Below, piece after piece: positions 15,807 to 29,654 of a DNA stretch of 64,000 bases (position 1 is its first letter; every line of letters starts with the position of its first letter). The position numbers and the translations under genes were made by a program. The notes beneath the pieces are model-generated. The model worked only from the letters and a program-made list of their open reading frames with translations, was not told the DNA's origin and made no database searches. This stretch comes from Octopus vulgaris (lineage: Eukaryota). The stretch covers positions 98,208,001 to 98,272,000 of the forward strand of contig OX597816.1 in NCBI GenBank assembly GCA_951406725.2, given 5' to 3'.

Positions 15807-16717
15807 TCATGTTTATACCTGTAATTATACTAATATTTAACAAAGTGTCATGTTAGGTGAAATTTGCAATGGTAAAACAATTGTGGTAAGTGTGGTTGTG
15901 AAAGGTATTTTGCTCTATTCTGTAGTCTGTCTCTGTTAAGCTGTCTGCGTTGGCTTGTGTATGTCCAGAGAGAAAATATAGGTGAAGTAACAAATAATTA
16001 CCCAATAATAATAGCAATTGTTACTTTTGTGATTTTGCTCATTTGCCGTGAGCTTTAATTGCCACTTAAACGCAATTATCATAGCATAAATCTATCTAAT
16101 GGCTATGATATCTATGATTTTAGATTAATTCCTACTTATAGTGTAGAATTATATTCATATACGTGGGTGGGAGTGTGCCTATGTGTGTGCATGTTTGTGT
16201 GTATGAGTGTCCGTGTGTGTGAAAGAGAGAGAAAGAGTGTGTGTGTGTGCGCGCAAATACACACATACACATATATATATATATGCATTCATATACATAT
16301 TTCTTGCATCACCACTAGTTTCATCCGCCATCGAAGTTGCTGAAGTACTTATAAAATGAATCTCTGACTAAATATCCAGGGTTAAATATTTATTTGGACA
16401 CGAACATATAATGTTTGTAAAATCAGAGAAACATGGCATTGACTAATGTCATTAATTTCGTTATTGCAAGTTTCTTTGTTGTTGGCGTTTCAATTGTTTG
16501 TGACTAAATTTCTTATTACTTTGCATGCAGGTGTTCAATGGTATGTAATGCATAGTGTAAGCAGATTATTTTCCTATATTAATAGTTACCCGATCTTTTG
16601 TATTTACTTCGTAGTCTATTGGAGAGTATATTGGTAAGTAGGAGCAAATATATATTTTGCTTATATCGAATGATATGCTAAGTACTTCCATATTTCCTGT
16701 TGCCGTGCAAATAGAAA

Positions 16718-17322
16718 TTGATTGGCACCAGACAGAGAATTTCAGGAGGAGGATAAAACCGATTACATTGACCTAAGTGCTGAACTAGTACTTGTATTAT
16801 CGACCCCGGGGGTAAAAGGTAAATTTGACTTCGGTGGAATTTGAACCTAAAAGATAAAGACGGATACAATGCTGCTCAACATTTTGCCTGGCCTGATAAT
16901 GATTCTTATTTCTTTATTACCCACAAGGAGCCAAACATAGAGGGGACAAACAAGGACCGACAGACGGATTAAGTTGATTATATCGACCACAGTGCGTAAC
17001 TGGTACTTATTTAATCGACCCTGAAAGGATGAAAGGCAAAGTCGACCTCGGCGGAATGTGATCTCAGAACGTAGCGACAGACGAAATACCTATTTTTTTA
17101 CTACCCACAAGGGGCTAAACACAGAGAGGACAAACAAAGACAGACAAACGGATTAATTCGATCATATCGACCCCAGTGCATAACTGGTCCTTAATTTATC
17201 GATCGCGAAAGGATGAAGAGCAAAGTCGACCTCGACGGAATTTGAACTCAGAACGTAGCGGCAGACGAAATACCGCTAAGCATTTCGCCCGGCGTGCTAA
17301 CGTTTCTGCCAGCTCGCCGCCT
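16718..17322 (-). mobile_element. Three tandem SINE family A units
   Basis: Units ~16718-16905, 16906-17091 (stops at GACGAAATACC) and 17092-17322 (complete head GGCGAGCTGGCAGAAACGTTAGCACGCC). Confidence 0.85.
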
Positions 17323-17809
17323 TCGTTCAAACATATATTAGTACTTATTTTTGCACAAAAACAGTCAATTTCCTCTTAAATATAATATTTTAATGCAACA
17401 TAAAGCAAATACGTTTAGAGTAACCTACCAATTCTTTTCCATGTAAATCATCTCAGAATTACTTATTCAAATATGTTACTTTTTTTTTTATTTTCCCATA
17501 TTTTATCAAGTAATCAATGCCTTCAAATATGTGCTTATCTAAAAATTTCCAGACAGCCCACAACAATAAAAGTACACAAACGTTAATTTGCTTCATAAAT
17601 GTATTAACTATTTCTAGACTTCTGAGATACATGTTGCTGCATAACTCCAGGAAAACGATTTTGTTTACGTTGCTATTTTACATATTCCATCAAAACTCAG
17701 TCTAAATGTATGTGATATGAAACATTTATCTAAGAATTAATGTCTCAATATGGAACGGTACGAAATTGGGTTTTCAATTAAACACATTCATCATGAATTA
17801 TCTTTTCTT

Positions 17810-17931
17810 TTCTGCTATAGGCACAAGGCCTGATATTTGGGGGAGGAGGATAGTCTATTTTATCGATCCCAGTGCGTAACTGGTACTTATCGACTCCAAA
17901 ATGATGAAAGGCAAAGTCGACCTCGGCGGAC
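17810..17931 (-). mobile_element. SINE family A 3' fragment
   Basis: GGCACAAGGCC..CCCAGTGCGTAACTGGTAC..GATGAAAGGCAAAGTCGACCTCGGCGGA. Confidence 0.75.
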
Positions 17932-18364
17932 ATCCGTCATGAATTATGCTGCTTTTGTAGTATTATTGATAAAACTAATTTTGCTTATCATATAATATTC
18001 TCTGCAGCTGTCTCCAATCTAATGTCGTTAGTGGTGTTATAAATATACGTATGCGTGCGCAAGATGTGTATATATAAGTGTGTGAGTGTACTCCATTGTC
18101 TGTATCAGTGTGTGGATACCTTCATACGCGAGTCTCTATGTATTCTGCCAGTAATCATAAGGTCCTTTTTCTCTTTTACATACCTGTATGGAAACAGACA
18201 AATGCGTAAAAAGAATAGAACATAATACCAGTGTAAGCGGATTATATTCTGCTTACGCAAACTGACATTTCATATTCGTGCACGCAGTCTTAAGACAATA
18301 GAAAAGTTTCCCCTCGTTAATACTTGCATACGTACTTGAATACACATATTCATACATACATACA

Positions 18365-19020
18365 TGATGGCTGCCCCCTCGTTACCGAGTATGGCCATTG
18401 CACGAGGCTTAACTGTTAAAGGTGCTGTGATCGAATGTTACTTTTTAGCCCGGCTAAAGATCTACAATGTCTTGAACAGAATTGGCAGCTAAAATCTTTA
18501 CTGGCAATAGCCAGCTTTAATTGTAATTGGGGCTTCATCTACCTTTGCATGTCGTTTAATTCCTCCAACTGAGTCATACACCCTTTCACATTCCCGACAG
18601 ATATGATTAGTATGGTGTGTAGCACCACCACCACCAGCCTGGTAGTCAATCATCGGTCTGACTTTATGAATACGAAGATGACTCATGAGCCCAGCTTTAC
18701 TGAGGCAGGATCTTGCACAGACACTGCATGTTAGCGTTATAGAAAAACCTTTACCGTCTGGAAGTGCAACAGCGATGCCCGTCTTGACATTCATCCTTCC
18801 CTCCTCATGCGCAACTTGAGAATTCTTGAAAGTAGCTGTTCCCTCATGCACAAACCTTCTCCACCTGCTAAGGTCAATAGCTATGCCCTCTCATGTGTCA
18901 GGAGAGATGCTAGCATCTTTCAAGGAAGCCTTGAGCAAGTCTTTATACCTCTTTGTTGGTTTATGTGAATGTCGTTCTCCTTTAGCTAACTCTCCATAAA
19001 AGAGTTGTTTGGCATCCTTG
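18365..19020 (-). mobile_element. RTE (BovB-like) LINE 3' end with two C-terminal C2H2-type fingers
   Basis: KQLFYGELAKGERH..KRYKDLLKASLK..RWRRFV; CSVCARSCLSKAGLMSHLRIH; CRECERVYDSVGGIKRH; short-repeat tail. Confidence 0.85.
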
Positions 19021-19389
19021 TGTTGTTTTTCTTGAGTTCTTTCAGTATTTCTTCATTTATGGTAGTGATTGTGTCTGTTTTTGTCGGCATTTTCTTATCT
19101 CGTGTGGGTTAATGATACGTAGAAGATTGAAAAAGGAACACACGAGTTGATACATATGAAAATAAGTCAAGGGAGAAAATGCTAAACTAATTTTATAAAA
19201 ATCCTTTCAGCACCGGTTTCAGTTATTGAGTTTTTTCAACTCTAAGGAAAACAATTAAATTTTGGAAAAATTAAAAGAAATTTTTTTTTAATGAGTATTT
19301 GCATAGTATTCAAATACAAGGGGCATTTTCCTTGTTTCTGCCTGTCTTTGTCTCTCTTGTTTGAAGAGGAGGAGGAGGAGAAGAAGATG

Positions 19390-19680
19390 AATGCGTGAGT
19401 GCCATGATAGTAGTAGGATGTTAAATGGTCAAGTGCCCTGAAACAGACTTCTTGTGGATGGTTGTAATGCTTGAATTCTTGAGACATTTCTTTTGAATGT
19501 ATTGTTTATAGTATTTGCGTAGGTGTTATTCTAAACAGCAATAGTAATAAAGTAAGGAAAGAAGGAGGCGGAGAGGAAGAAGACGTAGAAGAAGAAAGAG
19601 AAAGAGGAGAGAGACTAATAAGAGAATGCGGGTTGCATGATAGTTGTAGGATGTTAAATGGTCAAGCGACCTAAAATTGG
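19390..19680. repeat. Diverged ~60-bp direct repeat (19390-19450 and 19626-19685), probably PLE-end derived
   Basis: CATGATAGTWGTAGGATGTTAAATGGTCAAG in both copies; adjacent to (TA)n. Confidence 0.5.
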
Positions 19681-19712
19681 TTCGTTATGGATTATAGCAG
19701 TGATTGGGTCAG

Positions 19713-19792
<80 letters not shown>

Positions 19793-22700
19793 AGATATAT
19801 CGTTATTCGATGGTAAATTATATAAATAAATTGGGCACACAAAGAGTAAGACGTGCAAGCATGCATTTATATATATATATATATATCAAAGCAAGTGGAA
19901 AACGAAACCAAGGCAGGATGAGTATCTTAGGTAATTTAGAATATTTTATTAGAGTAAGGTGAATCAAAAACGAAGCATTTTCTAATTAACTTTTATAAAT
20001 GTTCTGAGATATTCGTCCTGCGCTGGTTTTGTATTCCTTTTCCTTTAATATCTACCTGCAGACTCAGAAGCCTACTACGAATCCCTAGCTCCGGTTTCAG
20101 CTTTCGCCTTGGAACCTAACAGCTGACCAGTTATAGCACTTACGCAGCGTACATATTGGTTTAGATCATAAGGGAACTAAACCCGTCATATGTATGTGTG
20201 TATGTGTGATGTGCGTGCGTAATTGTGTATGTCTGTGTTTTTGTGTACATGTATTTCTATAATTTATCATCGAATATTCTCGTCTGGAGCAAAGCATATA
20301 TTTTCAAAGTCCTCATGTCTCATTTTTTGGTAATCTATTGAATGCTTAGTAGCATATGAAATCATTTATGGCCGAATTTTTGTTGTAAGCCGTATAGAAA
20401 CCTATCAAATGATGGTTGCATGATTGGTATTTATATGAATTTAGCATTTACTTTTCACCTTTTGTTTTTGCATAATCGGCAGTATTAATTATTCTTATTC
20501 TATATTTTCATTTACTTTTGTTTTGTTTTGTTTTTTTTTCTGTTTAAGCAATTTTAAATTCTACTATGTCAGAAATTTTGAGCTGTTTCTACAAAGAATA
20601 AATATTTTAATTGTAAACCTGCAAAACGGAAATCATATACCTGTTCCATTTATTGAATATCAGTGATGCGGGATGATTACATATTGACTCGCTTCAGTTG
20701 CATGAGATCAGTTTTATCACCACTGATAATTAAGTGGGAAAAATAAAATCTCGGAATTGTCAAAGAGAAAATGTACTTTTGTCGAAAACATCACGAGGTA
20801 CTTTACATAGAGGGCTAAATATTGCATTATATGATCTAGTATATATAAATCGCAATTTGAGTGTGTATAATGACTAACGCATACATTTCCACAATTTTCA
20901 ACCGATTTTTTCCAAACATTACACACCCATTAGTTATGTACACCGGATAGTCATGCACCATAATATTTCCCCCAAACTCCCGCGTAAATGGACATAAATG
21001 GAAATAGTTTTTGTATGTAGGGTCTTCCATAATTTTTTAATCTTTGAATAAAATGAAAGGATTTTGTCTATTCTATTTTCTACTTGCGCGGTGACCCAAT
21101 CAGGAAACAGGGATTTGGAAGCTATAATTTTGTTTTCATGTAAATAAATGTTTATGTTAATTTAAAAGATTTGTCGAAAAACTCTTATTTAGCTGCTATT
21201 CTTAGCACAACACGCGTTGTGTGACCGGTAATCCTCTTTCATGTAAATAAATGTTTATATTAGTTTAAAAGATTTTTTCAAATTCCTAGTATGTACATAG
21301 TTTTTTGTATGTAGGGCCTTCCATTAGACAATATTTTTGATTGATTAAATTGACTAGGAACACTATATCCGATGAATATCCGACACCAAATAATCTTAAT
21401 CTCCATATTTAAGCTGCATTAACCTTTGGCAAGCTTACCTTTAACTACTCTCAGTTACCTGAAAGGTCATGTTTCATTTCTTCTCTTCTATTTGTTAATG
21501 CATTTCTTTACCTATCAATGCGTTGATTCACTTTAAGGATGCTTATTTACGCTTTCATTATGATATTTCGACTGTTGTCCATTGTTTCAAATACGTTTTA
21601 GTATTGAGGTTCTACCCCTTTTAAAACAATAACATATGATTCGTCCCAAGAACCTTTAAATAACAGTTTTGCTATCACTAGCGAAAGCTGCATACCAATA
21701 TCACTTTATGCGGCATTCGCTGTTACTTTATGCACAGGGATGTTCTATTAAAAGAAAGTATACTGCTGTAGGTACCACTTTTGTTTATATTGTTAGCAGT
21801 GAGGTAAATAACCGCTACTACCAGATCCAAGACCACCAGATCCTTTGATTCCGACTTTCATTGATCATATTAGTGATGGACACTTGACAGTAATGACTCA
21901 TCTCCTCGCCATATAGAATGCCTATGCTTCAACGGGCGCTGCTGTCGTGATTAGCCACTTAGCTTGTTTATATATATATAGGGAGAGATAGACAGATATA
22001 TAGATAGATTCAGATGATTATGGTACTTATGTTGAGACACCAGAATTTAGTACGGTATTAACCATACAATTTCAAAGTAAGTTGATTAAAATCAAAATAA
22101 GCAACAAGAATATCCAGAGGTAATACAGTACGCTCGTTCACGCAACTCCATTTAATTGAACAATGCAACCATTACATCAAATTAAATGCAGAGCAATCCT
22201 CAGCTGCACAAGACATAGAATTTAATTAAATGAAAACATAGATACATTTGTGTAATTTTGCCTAAAATATCCAAGAAGTTAAGGGTATGGACAAAGAACA
22301 TGCTGCCTTTCCTTCCTGAAGCTACTAAGTTATCGGGAAGAAAGACTTGTTACAGATTTTGCTTGTCACTTTTATATGGGGTCAGTTTTAATTTATAGGC
22401 TAGTTTTATAAAAACCTTGTATATATCTAAGGCCGGGTCTATTAGGGGTAATATTAGTTTCCTTCGTCTGATGGCTGATACTCGTTTTAAATTACTTTGA
22501 ACTACGGCCATGACTAGTTTGGTCGCTTATTGTGTTCAAATATAAATACTAAAACGAAAAAACAATGGTAATATATTTAAACTGATTATTAAACTGTTGT
22601 TTCCAAAAACAAAAATACTTGTGCCTCACTATCTTTCTTGTGTTTAATATTCTGCATTCTTAGCTCTGTCATTTTTTACGTTTACAGATCGTTGATGGTC

Positions 22701-23949
22701 GAACTCTGTACCAATGCTATCAAACTCAACATCCTGGGAATGCCTACAAATATTTCTGTTTTCCTACACTTAATAATTAATATAAAAATTGTGCTATTAT
22801 TTTCTTGAATAATGTTTACATCAATTATTATCATCAATATTTTTATAAAACATAATTAACGTAATTATGTTATTTAAATACATTTCCATTATAATTATTT
22901 TTCGAATTATTTACTAATTATTGTATCATTTGATTAGGCAGCAAACTAGTTTAGATGGAGAAAGTCACAGCTAATCAAGAGACTTCTCCGCAATCTGATC
23001 GATATCAGATGGATAGAAAGAAACAATATGACTCTAAATACATATAGTGAAGATGCAAATTACTGATTCGTAGTATTACCTTTAACACCTTTAATAGTAA
23101 CTGCTTCCTTAGCTAGACACAAATCTCTCAATAGTAAAGAGACAATGAATGGGCTAAATGAAATATATATTATTTGTAGTTCACACTTCTCAAATTTATA
23201 TTTAAACGATGCATACTGAGATGTCGAACTATGCTTACTGTGATGTCGAACCGTATTTATTATTGTGATATTTTCAGGCCGCTGCTCCGTTATTTTTATT
23301 AATACTTTGACCTCTGAACTTCTATTTATCATTTATCAAAAAATCATCCTCACAGCACTGGAAATTTAAGGTAATTTACTAGATATAATTTTAACAATAA
23401 TCAACACCAATACCGCAAATACTGGTTGGATTTCAATACAGAAAATCCTAGATTGTTGGTAATAAATATTATATATATCTGTTTATTCATTTCAAATAAA
23501 GACCAACACACTCAATTATCATATCTGTCATTTCATTTACCGAATTGTAATCGGAGCATGGTTTTAGAATCGCTGAGAACGATTAGTGAATACTGATCTA
23601 GGTACTGAACAATCTTTTTTTTTAATTTGCACATAAAATACAGGGTGGCAATCAATTGTTCTGTTTTAATATGCTTCATTATGAGAGCTGATTTCATAAA
23701 TGTGGAATACATTGATCACGATCTATTCAGATTCCCTATGGTGTCATTGTCCAGTACAATACCAACACCACCACTGTGGTTACTGTAGATATCTTCGTTG
23801 TACTCACTGTGTTAATCTACCTTGATCGCAAAGATATTCTGTTTCCAAAACGATCTTAAGCTTGTGACAGACGTAAGGAAAGCATTTGTTGCAATGGGTA
23901 TTATGTCTCGATCATTCATCCATTTTGTTTGTATTAAGATTTCCTATAA

Positions 23950-24240
23950 CACCCAACTACTTCATTTTATTATCACAGAAACTTGTACGTGCACACGCTG
24001 GTTGTTTTCGAGTATCTTTCAGGAATGCAACTGTAACAGTGATTCTTTTTTACCTTTTAAAATTTTGCATTATCAATTAGTTCAATTTTACCTAACTAGG
24101 AGTACTCATCACTGGGTTATTTGCAATGCATATTAGAAAACGGCTTGCCATATTCATTCATATTTTAGAAAGAATTCTCGTAACCATTGAAAATCAGCAA
24201 TATCAAGGATTGCATATATTCACGGGACAATTGTATGTTA
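23950..24240 (-). mobile_element. Possible piggyBac C-terminal remnant
   Basis: Frameshifted CPVNICN/LDIADF/NGY (compare WP..FYN.LDIA..NAY) and Cys-rich KKNHCYSC..KTTSVC. Confidence 0.3.
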
Positions 24241-24467
24241 TACACATCTATGTCCCTAACGTATATCATACACATATATGTGTATGTTTTACGTATGTCA
24301 AGTATATATATATATATGCCCTTAAAAAGTTAATAGAAAATGTAGTGATACAGGTGCTAAGAGAGTTAAAGTATGGCCTAGCTCACTAGAAATATGTCAA
24401 CGCAGCCAAAGCAGTATGGAGATGAGCAATAATTTATTATGACTCGATCTTTCTTCTTTCTTCCTCT

Positions 24468-24572
24468 TTCTTCATCTTCTTCTTCTTCTTCTTCTTCTTC
24501 TTCTTCTTCTTCTTCTTCTTCTTCTTCTTCTTCTTCTTCTTCTTCTTTTTACTCTTCCTCATCATCATCATT

Positions 24573-24631
<59 letters not shown>

Positions 24632-24632
24632 T
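24468..24632. repeat. (TTC)n + (TCA)n microsatellite
   Basis: Read directly. Confidence 0.95.
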
Positions 24633-27600
24633 ATCAACGACAAAAACAACGACATCAGCAATAACATATCCAGATATCCCAGAATCCTATGCTTTAAAGT
24701 TAAATGATTTTGTCTGCAGATACAACTGATAGTTAGACCTCTGATATGAACCACAGAGACGTCAGTTTGATGCAATGATGCATTGCCATTTCAGCCAGGT
24801 TTTTGCTGTGATCGATATAACAACCATTTACGATAAAACGAAATAACGAACGTAATTGCTTACAACCAAGCAGTTCATAGTGTAATGACTGTTTTAACCT
24901 CCAAAATATTGTAAAGCCATTTAACAAACCGATATATAATTATAGGCTTTCCGATGCAAAACATTATTAAGTTATAGGTCATTTGTTCTTCAGAAACAAA
25001 CATAGTTCGTTAAAACGTAGTAAGTACAATCAGAGATCATCTGTGAATTATCAAATATATGCAGAGACGGAATGCTGCTGTCTTTATTGCAATTAGCGAA
25101 TTTGATAAAATCGCAGATTACGGAATCATATTCTCCATTCTTTCTAAAATGTTGGATAGATTCCAGAGATAGATTTCAGACGTTTGTCAGATGTTGAATG
25201 TATTCCGCTGAGAATATTACAACAAATCGTATTATAGGTTTTCATTTGCTGTTTCTTATCTTTAGCTTCTACGACGTAACCTAAAATAAAGATCCCTGTG
25301 ATATGATTAAACAGCAAATTTTGGGTGGAACAAAAATTTATTAAATCTTTGGGAACAAATAACACATGCTCAAACATACCAGATGTGAATTCTTTTATAC
25401 ATCGGCCAATATTTATTAAGGTATAGGGTCACACACACACACAAACACACACATACATACGTCTGTTTTTGAGAGACAAAAGCATCCATGTACTTCTCTT
25501 TACTAGCTTTTTATTTTCACAGATGAACGGATTAGTTCATCTTTACGCAGTGAATTGAATGCGATTAGAGATTGCAAAAATAAGTACACGGGATAAAAGC
25601 GATGGTGTTTCTGTCGATAGCTAAGTCGTATTTCACCAAGGAAATAATATTCATCAATGTTCATGGGCATTACCTTTCCTCCTATGAATATAACATTGTG
25701 ATATAACTTAGAAGATGTACATAACAGCAACACATGAATCATTAAGCAAACTGGGCGGCAAGCTAGGCCATGAGGGAAATGCCATTGGTCACAGTGATAA
25801 AAATCTAATCATTTTTTATATTGTTTAATCTGGACAATCTACTAATTTTCAAATATATTTAATTCAGTTTGAAATGAAGTTCTGAGAATTTTTGCTCTTC
25901 AGAGTACTGGCTTTGGATGATAAGATCACAGTAAGTTTAAAACACTGAGGACAAGTTTCAGCACTACACGTCCTCAATACTGTTCTTAGAAAGTCAAGAT
26001 CAATCCAAGCAGAAAGCTACGCTTCCATTATTGGATGGAAGTATTTTTAATAAAAGTTTCAAAAATTTCGCTGACTGATACCAGATAAAGCCTTCATGTA
26101 AATGAAGTTATGAACCAGAATATACGTTGCTTTATTTAAATGTAAGAGATAGGGAAACCATGAATTCAATAGATGCAGCTGAAAATAAATAATATAACCA
26201 TGCGTGGAAGTAATTACAGAGTCAAAATTCATATATTCTCTAAAAAAGTGGTGGTAATGATATTAAAGTTAAAGTAAAGTAATTAAATTTGAGGCAACAT
26301 AAATCTTACTGCATCACTTAGAAGTATTCATTTGAAAGGAGGCAATTCTAAGAGGATTAATTCAGGGGGAAGATTAAAACCAGTAGCTAATACAAATAGG
26401 CAATAATAATTGTTATAATAAGGTGTTTACCGTTTCACAAGGGAAATAATTAAAGGTGATGACTCAAATATTCAAGGATAAATCTGGATAAATGAATCAA
26501 AGGAAATCCTGGTGAAGTTAATCAAAGATGGGAAATTATTTCAAAAAATAGAAATTAATTATATCTAAGGATTGTAATTGAATTCCCAACCTAAAGGCTT
26601 CAGATTTCATGTTAGGTTCCATTTTCATTACATAGATTAAATTAACTGGAATATTAGTGAGTTTATTAAAATTTGAGGGTTGTTGAAGAGAAACCGCAGC
26701 CTTACACATTGCAACGTTTGTATTTCATATTTCATTTGGTCATACCCATGAAGATATAAATTAAAATTTTAAGGATAAAAGCAGTTTACTGTAGCAGTCC
26801 TTATGTAAGCACTAAAAGGAGCTACAAACATTGATATCTGCGAATCCTGATAGATGGCGACACTAGACATATATGGTATTATTACACGATTTACCATTAG
26901 AGAACATTTTCTCTACAGTAACAGCAGTGAATTTTCCTTTTTGCAGTTGAAGTATATCACAAACGTATTTTAACACACATACATCTTGCTTATGCCAAAG
27001 CTCTGTTTGGCCTAAATATCACATAAATTTCCACGACCAAGCTGTCTGCTGGCGCGTATCAGTCAATGTTATTGACTGATTTATAGTTCAATCTATAGCT
27101 TTAATAAACTTTGTAAAGAGTTGTCTCATTTACCTACATTTGTGCTGCTGAAATTTTTGCTAGTGTGAGTCATATTTTTTGTTGGTGAATGCTTGTTGTT
27201 CTGCGGATTCCAGTGGAATCGAACTTTTGTTATCGTGTTGATGGTGTTTTCGCCCTACGGTGCGGAAAATTACTTTACAGCAGATCCCCATTTATTTCAG
27301 GACCTTGAGAGGAAATGTTTTCCACATCCTTTATTCTTGCATGTTTGGCACATATTTGTTGTTGGTTAGCTTTAAGTCTAATTTAAATGAGGGAAAATGC
27401 GAGCAAATTGTTCTCCAGGTACATCAATTCTGTGTAGGATTATTTAGGACTACTTGAACCAGAAGTTCATTACCTAAGACAATGTTATTTGAGGTGAGGT
27501 AGATTTCAGTGTTATTATAAATGGCCACACATCCTTAGAGATGCATCTTCATTGGCTCATTTTCAACTTTCTTATGATTGCTGGTGAATAGCTCATCAAT

Positions 27601-28058
27601 CTGTCACGAGCGCTATTCATTAATTTTATTTTATTTTAAAATTAATATTGTTCAGCTCTACTGAAAAATGATGATTGATGTTTTGTTCGGTTTTAAAGAA
27701 ATATGATGTCTCTTTAACCAACATTAGTTTACGAGAAATTGCATCCAACTAAATTATCGAAATTGAATTTTGCTTTCATTTTCCATGGGTCGATAGTGGA
27801 TATCATAGAACGGATATATAGCGAGTAATTCCTCTCTAAAAGTACACGTCTATTTCTTGTGGAATAAAAGGAAATTATCTTTTGAATGTTCTACTAAAAA
27901 ACGTCATCCCCTTCTCCTTCGAACCCTTCTCCTCCTCCTCCTAATTATTACCGTCATCAAAATCTCTGTTTTGTGGCATTAAAATCTGAATAACAAGCGT
28001 TATGTTAGAAATGTGTTCATATAATAAGAAGGAAATAAATGCACATACACACACAGAT

Positions 28059-28090
<32 letters not shown>

Positions 28091-28162
28091 GCATATACGC
28101 ACACACGCATGCATACACATACATGCATATATATATGTATATATACATATACATACACACAT

Positions 28163-28215
<53 letters not shown>

Positions 28216-29244
28216 AGAGAGAGACACACAGAGGTAGTGACAAAAAGAAAGGGATAACACAGAAACTTGCTCTTCAAACTTACCTTACATCATCGAAGAC
28301 AGAAAGCCATAGAAGTGTGTCAGTCAATAAGATGAAATTGGATGGAATTATTTGTAAAGAAACAACATTACCCATATACGCGTTAATTGAAATGATCATT
28401 AAAGTCGAAAATAAAGAAAGAAACGAATAAAGATATTTTATAGAAATGAAAAATGTAAAATTTATTGGGAGATATTTTCGAAAGATGCATTCTAATTAGT
28501 GTGAAGAAAGTAAAACAGAATAATACAAAAGGCTGTTTGAAAAATAAGAAAAAATATTTAATGGCTTGAAGAGGGGATGTAACTGGAGTATTACAATTTT
28601 GGAATGTATATTAGAAAACAATGTTAAGTGTGAGTTTAAAATATTTGTAGTAAAACATAATTGACATAATGGGTATGTAAAAAATATTCTAAAAGATCTC
28701 GAATCAAGAAGCAAAATTTACTAAAATGTAAATAATGGTGCTATGTAAAATATCACTAGGTCAAACGATGATCGTTTTGAGTTAGCAATATACAAAAGTA
28801 CATACGATATATAATGGAAAATGAAGATAAACACAGGTTTAAATTATTAGTTCATACGTACTTTTTACTAATGTTATTAGATCCCTATAACATAATAGAA
28901 TAAAGTGGTCTCCTGATGATTCATTCAAATACATATCGAACATCCAACGCTTCTAAATAACTGCAATTGTGAAACGTACGTAGGAACTAACAATTTATAG
29001 CAGTTTATCTTAACATTCCCCAACATATATTCTGTATACAATAAATAGTGGCACTGCTAAGAGCAGTGGAACACTAATCACTATACTGGCAGTTAGTTGG
29101 AAAATGATAATCTACGTAGTAGATTCCTACAACGGTAGTTGTACACCTAACTGTACACACGGGATATGATATTCAATGACCAAAAATTCAAATCCTGCTG
29201 CCTGAAGCTAAGTTACTTATCTTTTATGTTTAGTTTGTTTTAGT

Positions 29245-29455
29245 TATTAGACTGTGGCCAAGATGGGGCACCACCTTGAAGAAGTTTTACTAGTATGTAT
29301 CGATCCTAATACTTACTTTTTAAAAGTCTGGTACTTATTTTGATGGTCTCTTTTGCTGAATCGCTGTGTACGTGACGTAAACAAACCAGCACCGGTTATC
29401 AGGCAGTGGTGAGGGGACAAACACAGGCACGAACACACACACACATACACAGATA
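29245..29455 (-). mobile_element. SINE family B 3' half
   Basis: GACTGTGGCCA..GCACCACCTTGAA..GGTACTTATT..GACGTAAACAAACCAGCACCGG, like 11411-11630. Confidence 0.7.
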
Positions 29456-29654
29456 CACGTAAGTGATGGGTTGATACTATGTACATTTAACAGGAATGTC
29501 GAGGCAAGGGTAATTTGAAACTTGGGGGCTAATGCCGTTTCGCACCTCTCCTTGAAAAATGCATTTTTTGGAAAATATTATTTAGGTTTCCTACGTTTTA
29601 GATGTCGGAGATTACAAATACGCAAAAGAAATATTTTTAAAGTTTCACCCTTCT

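Noticed and set aside
18498-18851. Host C2H2 zinc-finger gene
   Set aside because: Directly continues RTE LINE motifs (KQLFYGEL, RYKD..K); it is the retrotransposon C-terminus
22688-22780. Plus-strand terminal exon IVDGRTLYQCY..
   Set aside because: Good acceptor, but no partner exons or recognisable homology
25900-27620. Possible decayed transposase
   Set aside because: No diagnostic motif could be read in any frame
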